Below, piece after piece: positions 11,301 to 19,428 of a DNA stretch of 64,000 bases. A program made the translations under genes and the position numbers. This DNA is from a virus (Duplodnaviria > Caudoviricetes), in the IMG/VR virus record IMGVR_UViG_3300014204_000112, positions 32,001 to 96,000 of that record, one strand, 5' to 3'. Below the pieces are notes generated by a model. It was not told where the DNA came from, made no database searches, and worked only from the letters and a program-made list of their open reading frames with translations. Numbering within the stretch: the first letter of the stretch is position 1; every line of letters begins with the position of its first letter.

Positions 11301-12514
11301 CCACGCTTTTTGACGGGCTTGTTTCGGCAATACCGAACGTTTCTCTTCCTGACCCAGCTAACTTGTTACTGATGATTCAGACCTTTTTGGTTCCAATCCT
11401 ATCCATACTATCCATTCCTAAGGCCTTCAATCCATTACAACCGCCATTAGTATCCCTGGTTATTCCATTGGACCCAATTTTGAAGCCTCTGATCAAGCTG
11501 TTAGTATCCGCTTTGATCGCAGCAATCTTTAAGCTAATGGACGAAGCCAACACGGCTTATATAAATTCTACCGTAAAGAAATCAACTAGGTCAACGACCA
11601 GAGATTCTGTTGTCACGGAAGGCTTATCTGGGTTGATAGGAACGTCGGACGTATTCGGAGTTTCTTCGAGCGATAATGAGACCCTAAAGCAAATATTTTC
11701 AATGGCTTGTGGTTTCGGAACTACTGTGTCAGTCTCGGTTTCCAAACCAGATATGAGTATAGACGGTACTCAATACTCGACCATAATAGGACCGGACGGA
11801 GAACAAACAAAAACAGCAGATCCAGTTTTTACCACGACCATAACCACAGCAGATGGTACAATATTCGTATTGCCAGCTTTACCATTTTTAGCTTTGGACA
11901 TAACAGGATATTTCCATTTGCTTACCGGCAATGACATAATTGAGTTCGTCAGGCAATTGATAAACTCCGTATTCGATATGATAATCGCACCGCTTAAAAT
12001 TGTGGTAGATTTGATTTCGAAACTAGCGCTTTCGTTGAACACGTATAGCTACAACATAATTGAAGCGGCCATACCATTGATCTCGATCATCAAACTAGCA
12101 AAGATGGCAATAGATGCTGCGATACCACCATCCGTAAAGTTAAGAGTCATAAGCCCTGACATGATAAACCTGCTTCAGCTTTCGATAATTCCAGCCCTGG
12201 AAGTGGTCGAACCTGTTCTGAAGGAGATAGCTTGGATAGGAACTACTGCTCTGTGCGCTCTGTCTTCGCCAGTAACTCTATGGAAGACCGTATCGATAGC
12301 TAGGATGGTTCACCCAATCATGAATGCTGACGATCTTCCACCTTGGGAAAGGCTGACTCATAAGAATCCGTTGTTCGCCATCTTCTTGGACGAGATTGCT
12401 TGGCGCGGGTCAATCTATTCTACTGGTTCTCTGATCTTTCAAACGAAAACTCCAGCAGTTCTTCCGTACACACCAACATTTCCTATCATGCATATTAGTC
12501 CCCATTTGACTTAA
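8351..12514 (+). CDS. Large hypothetical protein (1387 aa), possibly virion-associated
   Basis: Long ORF with coiled-coil segments and Pro/hydrophobic-rich segments; no recognisable catalytic motif. Confidence 0.7.
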   Translation: MEAADFKELIRQVRCETTSGLGFTEVDLAQVKACVEQVKPIEVVEYAEPTLNIADSSCIPGATAELQKMLEAQQGQLIIGMKQGILRAKVQELRDNLDTVKQYYDARFNLMSELINLSATGGSGAVNQRIQNLSDLPPLDGGVQNLIKEAFAKISNQLLVNYSNFPTKQIPSRTATITFRLIGLNGVTVKLPNMQTNQLEDTIVKVYDSEYLNVNVFADVSSFGFVNQDPYNPTDNKPLPKEESDYDTLPGLLYNGTPGIDYAGLYRKLSKPFTYLFTLEERGLTLNEGLIDPNLKKIQDAPTSMKEGDVTYYIQSQQTYETFYGNLEQEYPKRVKKEKEEIYPSVCKSSIQSIVELAQREVAEMYRRNPSYETSVALKFYRSSKEEIDKLIKDTDAQLKKLDGLVKENTMDEETIKKKILGIPCFTKAGSIVPETDPSCEGEAKKHLGTDPLYLRTINQSGGDYPDFTTQCYWKEFAKALNRICLLPYPDLSGPPPSNLLFRYWPVNCVIPAGPALVLLTVPPVWKPLFVLPTPLGTLVCFLTMPIAPIGIPLPSIYLFFLAPDGTKYLALAVNLPLLYTNTKNLIFGFELDTSSASQNPLGLSPTNAYRGYPIKGAYLTPLKVSASVAKATRLANLAVTIASGEQPAIENLNGEKLPFNISYEDYANGYLSETEMMLGIVDAVPSKEFDRTVTQMKGQINKQIDKLGDMQTTAVDSLRQKLRNVREAGVTEAEKEKDLATKRMAKRTARALNPITIDEKISSVTDSFNTYIDNIKFGTIRFPKDATKNNPGLPEALTAIFDLITLGSVGDLKIDESAKSLNAQIKKALARINVEALTAKTEFDLDVAEDVAELKSTLTKMVDKCLAYLKGDTVDFDLSTAKTKEEEQEILKSSRAIQEIARDALTFTAVALTNPPKITLFDLSKKCCEVKPVAVFSGVPPLVSMAFTVLSALMQAIIDELSVEAIVGFVGTSSRKIGISFVTTLFDGLVSAIPNVSLPDPANLLLMIQTFLVPILSILSIPKAFNPLQPPLVSLVIPLDPILKPLIKLLVSALIAAIFKLMDEANTAYINSTVKKSTRSTTRDSVVTEGLSGLIGTSDVFGVSSSDNETLKQIFSMACGFGTTVSVSVSKPDMSIDGTQYSTIIGPDGEQTKTADPVFTTTITTADGTIFVLPALPFLALDITGYFHLLTGNDIIEFVRQLINSVFDMIIAPLKIVVDLISKLALSLNTYSYNIIEAAIPLISIIKLAKMAIDAAIPPSVKLRVISPDMINLLQLSIIPALEVVEPVLKEIAWIGTTALCALSSPVTLWKTVSIARMVHPIMNADDLPPWERLTHKNPLFAIFLDEIAWRGSIYSTGSLIFQTKTPAVLPYTPTFPIMHISPHLT

Positions 12515-12590
12515 AATGAACAAATATGAAAACTTTGCCAAAAAACTTCCGTATAATTGATTTGAGTTATTCACTTAATAATTAAAAAAG

Positions 12591-13775
12591 ATGAGCGTAA
12601 ATCCAGTAAACTTGTCACCAACTACGGCTGACATTCTTAATCAACCTACCTCCAAGTATAACGAAACGATCAAGTTAGCCTCGACCGATCGCAAATCCCG
12701 AGTAAAAATCTTTTGCAAAGAGCAGTACGCTCAAGAACTGTACGATCTGTACCTCAATAACGAGGTGACCAATGAGATCGGTTCGAAAGATTTTAGCGAG
12801 GGCCAGATTTGTACGGTTATTGCTAAGTCAATCGATTTCAATGAGAAGATCATTATCGCGGAGGAAAAGTATTCAAAATCCAGCGTTATCGTAGCCTTCC
12901 GGGAATTTTCCGACGACCCAGCATCCTTAGTTGAAAATGAGGCTGCCAGAGAATTCAAGGTCATGATCACCAAGGCGAATTCCGGAGATTATTACGGCTC
13001 CGAAAAGGAAACCGCAACCATTACTAACCGTGAGAACTTGAATGAGTTCATGCGCACGGACAAGTGGTTCACAGTTAAAGTCACCAGCTTGGTTAAGGGT
13101 GGGTACTTGGCTCTGTACAAAGGAACGATCAAATGCTTCCTTCCTGGTTCACACGCTGCCGCCAACGTCATTCGCGATTTCAATGATTACTTGAATAAGG
13201 ACATTCCAGTAATGATTGAGAATTACGATTCAACCAACGCTCTGTACATCGTTTCTTACAAGAAGTACGTCAAACAGACCATGTCACAGAGGGTTCACGA
13301 ATTGGAATTCGGAAAGAAATACACCGGAATCCTTACGAACGACCCGTATCCATTTGGTATCTTTATCGAACTCGATGGTTACTTCACCGGCCTAATGCAT
13401 CAGACCGAATTCGAGGATTATGCAGCTTTCTGCCAGAACCTCAGGTCCGGCCAGGAATTGGAATTCTACGTGAAGGACATCGCAATCAAGAAGGGAGATC
13501 CACGAATCATTTTGACCGACACCCTTGAAAAAGTAGATCCCGACAAGTTAGCTTGGCAGGAGTTCAAGAAACGTATCGAAGGAAAAACCCTGAAGTACAT
13601 TTTGGATAAGAACGACTTCCATATCGAGGTCGACATGCCGGACGAAGACTCAACCTTCCGGACTGACGTAAGTCATCTTAAAGGCAAGATCCGTATCCCT
13701 AACAACGGAAACGTAACGATCCAGAGGGTCGACATTATTCGCAAAAATTTGAAGCTCGACTTTATCAATTTATAA
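12591..13775 (+). CDS. Multi-S1-domain protein, ribosomal protein bS1-like
   Basis: S1/OB repeats: VKVTSLVKGGYLA...CFLPGS and YPFGIFIELDGYFTGLMHQTE, resembling RpsA domains. Confidence 0.8.
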   Translation: MSVNPVNLSPTTADILNQPTSKYNETIKLASTDRKSRVKIFCKEQYAQELYDLYLNNEVTNEIGSKDFSEGQICTVIAKSIDFNEKIIIAEEKYSKSSVIVAFREFSDDPASLVENEAAREFKVMITKANSGDYYGSEKETATITNRENLNEFMRTDKWFTVKVTSLVKGGYLALYKGTIKCFLPGSHAAANVIRDFNDYLNKDIPVMIENYDSTNALYIVSYKKYVKQTMSQRVHELEFGKKYTGILTNDPYPFGIFIELDGYFTGLMHQTEFEDYAAFCQNLRSGQELEFYVKDIAIKKGDPRIILTDTLEKVDPDKLAWQEFKKRIEGKTLKYILDKNDFHIEVDMPDEDSTFRTDVSHLKGKIRIPNNGNVTIQRVDIIRKNLKLDFINL

Positions 13776-13790
13776 GTGCCGCGATAAATA

Positions 13791-13923
13791 ACTTAAAGGT
13801 ATGAGTCAACCCTTAAGTGGAATTGTTTGTTGATGACCTAGTATAGCAGTCAATTTAGTATTTTCAGCTTAACTATTATCAAAAACCTAGCGCTCATATC
13901 CAATTGAATACTTTAGGCCTAGG
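13791..13923 (+). ncRNA. Candidate structured late ncRNA
   Basis: About 130 nt bracketed by a GATAAATA promoter (13783-13790) and a terminator (13922-13953), with no convincing ORF and several complementary segments. Confidence 0.4.
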
Positions 13924-13953
13924 GAAGGAGGGAGAAATCCCTCCTTTCTTTTT
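13922..13953 (+). terminator. Rho-independent terminator
   Basis: gaaggaggga-GAAA-tccctccttt stem with a GNRA loop and a T-run. Confidence 0.85.
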
Positions 13954-13984
13954 AATAAATAACCCTAGTAAAAAGTCTAACCCA

Positions 13985-14551
13985 ATGGAAATACTGAAAT
14001 TTGATCAATTTAGAACAAAATTGATTCTTGAAGCGGCCAGAGATGATCCAGCAGCAATGGCAGCAGGAGCACCACCTCCACCTGCTTCTCCAGCAACTGA
14101 TACTCCACCGCCTCCGCCACCACCAGCTTCAGACTTGGGAACAACTCCTTCAACATTACCACCAGATCCAAATGCACCGCCTCCTGGTCCGGAAGAACCT
14201 GCCGACCTGAAATTTGTTTTCATTCAAGACGCCGCTCAGAAAAAATGGTATGGAACTCACGATAAGGATGGTGGAGTAAAGAGATTCACAATCTATTCAG
14301 TTACTAAAGAGGACCTGGATAAATGGCTTACCACCCATAAGGACGACGAAAATAAGGAAATTGTAACAGCAGCATTGAGTGGAAAGCGTCCGATGCCATC
14401 ATCAGTGTATTCAGATTTCAAATGTGAAGTTACGAATGGAACGTTGGGTTCTGACAAGGGCACGATCGACATCACATTCGATTCCGAAACGGATTTCGAA
14501 AATCCTGCTACTGAAGATCTGTCTGTGGTATTTCTAAAATCAGGAAAATGA
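13985..14551 (+). CDS. Pro-rich hypothetical protein, putative head internal protein
   Basis: The ATG at 13985 follows late promoter AATAAATA (13954-13961); N-terminus MEILKFDQFRTKLILE resembles a capsid-targeting sequence. Confidence 0.7.
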   Translation: MEILKFDQFRTKLILEAARDDPAAMAAGAPPPPASPATDTPPPPPPPASDLGTTPSTLPPDPNAPPPGPEEPADLKFVFIQDAAQKKWYGTHDKDGGVKRFTIYSVTKEDLDKWLTTHKDDENKEIVTAALSGKRPMPSSVYSDFKCEVTNGTLGSDKGTIDITFDSETDFENPATEDLSVVFLKSGK

Positions 14552-15273
14552 TAAACGATTTTTTGAGGTTCGTTTACGAGTCAAAGTACGATTCTTTCGC
14601 TGAAAAGATAGCGGCTGATGTCATGCAGCTAGTATCGCAAGGTACGGATGGCACGACAAAAAAGAGAATCAACAAGACTATGGAATTCATCGATCTTGCG
14701 AACTTCTCGTTAGTTCTTTCGATCGTTAGGAGCTCCGTGTTCGAACCGGCAAAAAGAACCAATTTCAAGAGCTTACCCTGGGAGAGCATAAATTTCAAGC
14801 ATAATGGATTCGCATTAGACGCAAATTCGTTCATCCCAAAGGACGGAGAGGATCCAGAGATAGTCCTGAACGTAGTTATCAATCCAGAAACTGAACCAGA
14901 ATGCCATGATAAGCTCTATTACAAACTCTTAGACTCAATACGTCACGAACTGGAACACGTTCTGCAAAAAGGAACCAACGTCCAGTACACTCATTCTGGC
15001 AGGGAAGTCGATAAGAATCGAAAGGAATCGGAAGATTCTTACAAATATTTTTTACTTCCTGACGAAATGCCAGCAATGGTGTCAGGGATGAGACTTGCAT
15101 CCATAAAAAAGGGAATTCCAATTGACCAAGAGTTCCAGGAGTATTTGGCACCAATACTTTCGACAGGTTTCATAACTCACGAGGAATTCGAAAAAGTAAT
15201 GAGTGCTTGGGTAAAATTCACAATCCGCCATTTTCCTGACACTCAAATAAGTAAAAAGTACCGATTTCGTTAA
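14548..15273 (+). CDS. Putative zincin-like metalloprotein (HExxH)
   Basis: IRHELEHVLQ motif plus downstream YFLLPDEMPA glutamate. Confidence 0.55.
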   Translation: MINDFLRFVYESKYDSFAEKIAADVMQLVSQGTDGTTKKRINKTMEFIDLANFSLVLSIVRSSVFEPAKRTNFKSLPWESINFKHNGFALDANSFIPKDGEDPEIVLNVVINPETEPECHDKLYYKLLDSIRHELEHVLQKGTNVQYTHSGREVDKNRKESEDSYKYFLLPDEMPAMVSGMRLASIKKGIPIDQEFQEYLAPILSTGFITHEEFEKVMSAWVKFTIRHFPDTQISKKYRFR

Positions 15274-15320
15274 AACCGATCACTGTCCACCTATATAAGA
15301 CAACAAAAATAACATTTATC

Positions 15321-15509
15321 ATGGCAAACACTTGGTTAGACAATCTGAAATCCGCGCTAAGCGAACTTGAAGTCGAGTATGCAAAATTCAGTGAAAAGGG
15401 TAACAACTCAGCAGGAACACGCGCTCGTAAACTTTTACAGGACATTAAGCTTGCTGCACAGGAAGGTCGTAACGACATCCAGGACACTAAGGCTGCTGCT
15501 AAGAAATAA
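15321..15509 (+). CDS. Histone H1-like nucleoid protein, Hc1 family
   Basis: 62-aa basic protein with KGNNSAGTRARK signature; own promoter and terminator. Confidence 0.8.
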   Translation: MANTWLDNLKSALSELEVEYAKFSEKGNNSAGTRARKLLQDIKLAAQEGRNDIQDTKAAAKK

Positions 15510-15537
15510 GTAGGCACCTATCTCCTTTCTTTAATCA

Positions 15538-15573
15538 GAAAAGGGCGAGAGTGAAAACTTTAGCCCTTTTTTT
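15538..15573 (+). terminator. Rho-independent terminator
   Basis: aaaagggc...gccctttttttt hairpin with T-run. Confidence 0.7.
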
Positions 15574-15643
15574 GTGAAACTTTTTTGAGCCCAGTTGTAC
15601 AATTTTATATCTAAAAGTCTCTAAAAAATAATCATTACGAACA

Positions 15644-16747
15644 ATGGAAGACCTTTTTAACCTTAATCCTGACGATTTCACCGGAAAAGCTGGTGGAACA
15701 AGAAAAGTCGACGAAAACCTTTACAATCCAGGCCCTGACCAAGGTCAGAATGGCATTTACAAAGCTATCATTCGATTCGTGCCTTGGGCACAAGATCCTA
15801 AGCAGAGCAAGTACAAGAAATACTCTGCGAAGCTGGTTAATCCGTTAACGAACGAACGTCTCTTCATTGACTGTCCTTCTACTACCGGCGCACCATCAAT
15901 TCTTTGGTCGCTTGATACCGAACTGAAAAATCTGAAGGAATCAGAACCTCAGACCGTTGAAGAAATCAAGAAATACTTCAACCGGTTCTACAATTACTAC
16001 TCTTGCATTTACATCAAGAGAGATCCGCAGTTCCCAAACCTAGAAGGACAAATCAAGGTTTACTCTTACGGCTACGGCATTGACAACCTCATTCAACAAG
16101 AAATCAATCCGGAATCGGAAATCGTGACCGTGAAGAAAATCAATCCGTTCTCTCTTACCGAAGGTAAGGATTTCGTTCTTGTAGTAAAACGCAAGACCAA
16201 ATCATGGAGAGATTACAGTGCTAGCAAGTTCATGAATGAAGTTAGTCCTCTCATCATTTCACACAATGGCAAGGAAATCCCGGTTTCTACCGAGCCTAAG
16301 GTTGCAAAATTCGCAACTGAATTCCTTAGGGCAAATTCACCGGACCTCAGCCAGTACTTCCTGAAGAAATGGACAGAAGAAGAATACGTCAAGATCGCAG
16401 AATTCATCAAGGCAATCGTTCCTTACAAGCAGATCATTGACAATTTGACTGCCAACCTAAAGGACGAGAAGATGAAGAAACTCTTCACTAGCTCCAAGAC
16501 CATCACGCGTAACAGCGCACCAGCAGGCGAATCTCTTGAATTCACCCCGGCTCCAGCCAATCAACAGAAAAGCGAAGCCTTATCGATCGAGATAGACGAA
16601 CCAGGCAATGAACAACCTCCAGTTTCTAACGATCCACTCGATGAGATCGAAAATGAAGCTCCTCAGTCCGAAGCTCCAGCTCCTCCTGCTAACACAGGTA
16701 AAGGAAAGAAGAACGACGAACTGAACGACCTCTTCAAAGACCTATAA
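15644..16747 (+). CDS. gp32: Single-stranded DNA-binding protein (T4 gp32-like)
   Basis: AIIRFVP, IKVYSYG, NPFSLTEGKDFVL, DYSASKF motifs; acidic tail ending DELNDLFKDL. Confidence 0.9.
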   Translation: MEDLFNLNPDDFTGKAGGTRKVDENLYNPGPDQGQNGIYKAIIRFVPWAQDPKQSKYKKYSAKLVNPLTNERLFIDCPSTTGAPSILWSLDTELKNLKESEPQTVEEIKKYFNRFYNYYSCIYIKRDPQFPNLEGQIKVYSYGYGIDNLIQQEINPESEIVTVKKINPFSLTEGKDFVLVVKRKTKSWRDYSASKFMNEVSPLIISHNGKEIPVSTEPKVAKFATEFLRANSPDLSQYFLKKWTEEEYVKIAEFIKAIVPYKQIIDNLTANLKDEKMKKLFTSSKTITRNSAPAGESLEFTPAPANQQKSEALSIEIDEPGNEQPPVSNDPLDEIENEAPQSEAPAPPANTGKGKKNDELNDLFKDL

Positions 16748-16763
16748 AAATATCAGTTTACGG

Positions 16764-17144
16764 ATGGAAGAAAACCTCAATAAGGCTGAAGCAGCTGTCC
16801 CTTCTAACGAGGGGACAGCTCCAACAGCTGAGAACAAACAGCCCGTGACCACTCTTTTGGGGTCTATTAGCTACAGCAGCGAAGCAGATTACGAAGCATT
16901 CCTTAACGGATTGACTTTGGAACATGCAGTCGTTATCTTGATTGCTTCCGCGAATTATGCACAAGCCAAGGGAGCATTCAGCCTGAGTGAAGCAGAACTT
17001 ATCAACAAAGCTATCAAAAGGATACGCCCTGCACGGAAAGCTGAGCAACCTGCTCCAACTTCGGAACCGACAGCACAGCCTGAAACGGTGCCAGCAGAAC
17101 CTGAACAAATTGAACAGCCACCTTTAGACGAAAATCAGTCATGA
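16764..17144 (+). CDS. Hypothetical protein
   Basis: 126-aa ORF in the operon, coupled to the next gene. Confidence 0.65.
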   Translation: MEENLNKAEAAVPSNEGTAPTAENKQPVTTLLGSISYSSEADYEAFLNGLTLEHAVVILIASANYAQAKGAFSLSEAELINKAIKRIRPARKAEQPAPTSEPTAQPETVPAEPEQIEQPPLDENQS

Positions 17145-18250
17145 ACATAGTTATCGACGGTAACGCATTCTTAAACGTATCAACGAGCATTGTCAAGAAT
17201 ATACTTGCAAACGATAAATCAGTAGGGGAGAAGTATTACGTTAACGACTTACTGTCGGACGATAAGTTCATGCTCAAACAGGCGAGCAAGGACCAATTCA
17301 GGAAATTCTCCTTAAATTACTTGGGAAGCATTTTCGCCCCATTCAAAGAGAACATCAGTTCGGTTTTTATTGTATTCGACTCCAGAAGCTGGAGAAAGCA
17401 ATTCATTAAGGACCATTTTGATGAACACGGTGAGGGCGATTTTGCGTATAAGGGCTCGCGTAAGTACGATGATAAATCCTACTTGTTCTTTGAGTACTTT
17501 CAGAACGAACTTCTTCCGGATTTGGTAGAAGAGTACGGTGTGATTACTGCAAGAGTTCATGGGGCAGAAGGAGACGATTTAATCGCTTACTTATGCGAGA
17601 ATGTGAAGGAAGACATCTGCATTTGGTCTGTCGACAAGGACATGACTCAACTTCTTGAAACAGGAGAGCGCAAGGTCATCCTTCTCATGCCAAAACAGCA
17701 AACGAAATTCAAAAAGATCTACACAACTACTGATTTCGATAACATCGAGAAGAAGGACGTAGATCTTTTCAACATGGAACTCGATTCAATCGATAATTCT
17801 GCCGTCATAAACGTTCTGAACGACTTGATCACCAAGGACTACAAGCATTTTCGTATCGATCCAGCTGAGGATATTTTGCTGAAAATCCTGGCAGGAGACT
17901 CTTCTGATACTATCCCACGAGTCCATCCTCGATTGACTCCAGGAAAAGTTGCGAAAACAGTTGAGCTTATCCGTGAAACCGTTGACTGGAACGATATAAA
18001 AAACCTAGTTGATATGGGTGATCCTGAGTTCATGACATTCATGAATAAGGTAATATGTGACGTTCTGAAGATAAGCGATCCTGGTGAATCTCTGACGATT
18101 CAGAATAACGTGAGCCGTAATCGTAGACTTATCAGATTGAGCACCAAGGTATTTCCACCAGAAATATTGGAAGCAATCACCGGATCAATGAACCTTAACG
18201 AACGCAGAAGATTCAATTACTTCAAGTTCAAAAAAAATTACAAGTCCTAA
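17141..18250 (+). CDS. rnh: T4 RNase H-like 5'-3' exonuclease (FEN family)
   Basis: IVIDGN, FDSRSWRK, YKGSR, AEGDDLIA, SVDKDMTQL, GDSSDTIP motifs. Confidence 0.9.
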   Translation: MNIVIDGNAFLNVSTSIVKNILANDKSVGEKYYVNDLLSDDKFMLKQASKDQFRKFSLNYLGSIFAPFKENISSVFIVFDSRSWRKQFIKDHFDEHGEGDFAYKGSRKYDDKSYLFFEYFQNELLPDLVEEYGVITARVHGAEGDDLIAYLCENVKEDICIWSVDKDMTQLLETGERKVILLMPKQQTKFKKIYTTTDFDNIEKKDVDLFNMELDSIDNSAVINVLNDLITKDYKHFRIDPAEDILLKILAGDSSDTIPRVHPRLTPGKVAKTVELIRETVDWNDIKNLVDMGDPEFMTFMNKVICDVLKISDPGESLTIQNNVSRNRRLIRLSTKVFPPEILEAITGSMNLNERRRFNYFKFKKNYKS

Positions 18251-18573
18251 TGATAGAAATTCACGGGTTCATCCCATTATTCGAAAGAGTTCTCATCAAG
18301 CCAGACGAGCCTGAAAAATTAACGGAAACCGGCATCATTCTTCCGGCTTCTTCCATAAAAAGACCGAATACTGGAATTGTCATGGCAATAGGGCATTTGG
18401 TTGGCCAGTCTAAGGCTCCAATCAATATCGGAGATCACGTTCTTTACTTGAGATATTCAGGTTTTGATACGGTGATAAACGGTGAGACCTATCACCTTGT
18501 CATGGTAAATGACTTAGTCGGAATTATAGATAACTCAGGTAGCAATACCTTCGAGTTAAAAGACTACAGTTAA
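18250..18573 (+). CDS. groES: Co-chaperonin GroES (Cpn10)
   Basis: PLFERVLIKP, TETGIILP mobile loop, IGDHVLY..YSG. Confidence 0.93.
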   Translation: MIEIHGFIPLFERVLIKPDEPEKLTETGIILPASSIKRPNTGIVMAIGHLVGQSKAPINIGDHVLYLRYSGFDTVINGETYHLVMVNDLVGIIDNSGSNTFELKDYS

Positions 18574-19268
18574 TGGAAAAGATCGTACATGACTTCAGAA
18601 CTTACCTATTGAACGAATCCAAGGAGGAATCCGGTGGAATTCGTTTGTTTTGCGACATGGACGGAGTCCTAACGGACTTCGATCGTGGGTTCAAAAGATT
18701 AAAGGCCAACGAAGATCACCTTAAGCCAAAGGAATACGAGAAGAAGCATGGAAAGAATTCAATCTGGCCGTTAATTGATCATCGCGGAATAAAATTTTGG
18801 AAGCGTTTGCCGTGGAAAAGCGATGGCAGAGAGCTTTGGGATTACATTCACAGGTACTCGCCAGTCATTCTTTCGGCTCCAAGCAGAAGTCCAGATTCAG
18901 TCAAAGGGAAACTTTATTGGTTGAAGCTTAACCTTGGAATCAATGAGAAGCACCCAGCTCGAAAATTCGAAGAATGGGATGGCACGCAGAAGGTAATACT
19001 GACTGCAGATAAGGGAGCTTTTGCTGAATCCAAGAACGACATTCTAATTGACGATCGTAGGCCGAACATCGACAAATGGACGGAGGCCGGCGGAACCGGA
19101 ATCCTTCATAACGATTCAACTGATACCGTCCGTATCCTGGAAGGTATAATTTCAAAACTAAAGGGCGAGCCGGACGACGATAAAGAACCGGCAGAAAAGA
19201 TTGAACCTAAAAACACGGAGCAGAACGAACAGCCCGAAGATACACAAAACCAAGATCAAGGAGCATAA
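18573..19268 (+). CDS. HAD-family 5'(3')-deoxyribonucleotidase
   Basis: FCDMDGVLTDF (HAD motif I), ILIDDR..NIDKW..AGG.GILH. Confidence 0.85.
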   Translation: MEKIVHDFRTYLLNESKEESGGIRLFCDMDGVLTDFDRGFKRLKANEDHLKPKEYEKKHGKNSIWPLIDHRGIKFWKRLPWKSDGRELWDYIHRYSPVILSAPSRSPDSVKGKLYWLKLNLGINEKHPARKFEEWDGTQKVILTADKGAFAESKNDILIDDRRPNIDKWTEAGGTGILHNDSTDTVRILEGIISKLKGEPDDDKEPAEKIEPKNTEQNEQPEDTQNQDQGA

Positions 19269-19295
19269 GTTCTCGGACTTAAACCGAGTGGTGGA

Positions 19296-19374
19296 GTTGA
19301 CCAGATGGAATATTGGCTTGGAAGCAACCATCTATCTAAGGAGTGCGTAACTGCTCACCATCGAATCGGTCAGC
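19296..19374 (+). ncRNA. 23S rRNA GTPase-associated-centre (H42-H44, uL11-binding domain) mimic RNA
   Basis: 19304-19362 (GATGGAATATTGGCTTGGAAGCAACCATCTATCTAAGGAGTGCGTAACTGCTCACCATC) aligns colinearly with the 58-nt E. coli 23S 1051-1108 domain, with compensatory substitutions; an outer stem gttgacc/ggtcagc encloses it; no other rRNA sequence surrounds it. Confidence 0.8.
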
Positions 19375-19381
19375 CTAAAAT

Positions 19382-19411
19382 GAAAAAGGGACTCAATTGA
19401 GTCCCTTTTTC
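19382..19411. terminator. Bidirectional terminator between convergent operons
   Basis: Perfect palindrome gaaaaagggactc-aatt-gagtccctttttc. Confidence 0.9.
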
Positions 19412-19428
19412 TATTGACAAAGTCTGGG

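Noticed and set aside
13801-13872. Selenoprotein, stop-codon readthrough or tmRNA-tag ORF (MSQPLSGIVC-TGA-TGA-...NLVFSA)
   Set aside because: TGA is used as a normal stop elsewhere; no SECIS or tRNA-like domain is recognisable
19269-19380. tRNA or genuine rRNA gene
   Set aside because: No cloverleaf or TTC-loop; rRNA similarity is limited to one ~80-nt domain flanked by phage genes, so it is called a mimic rather than an rRNA gene
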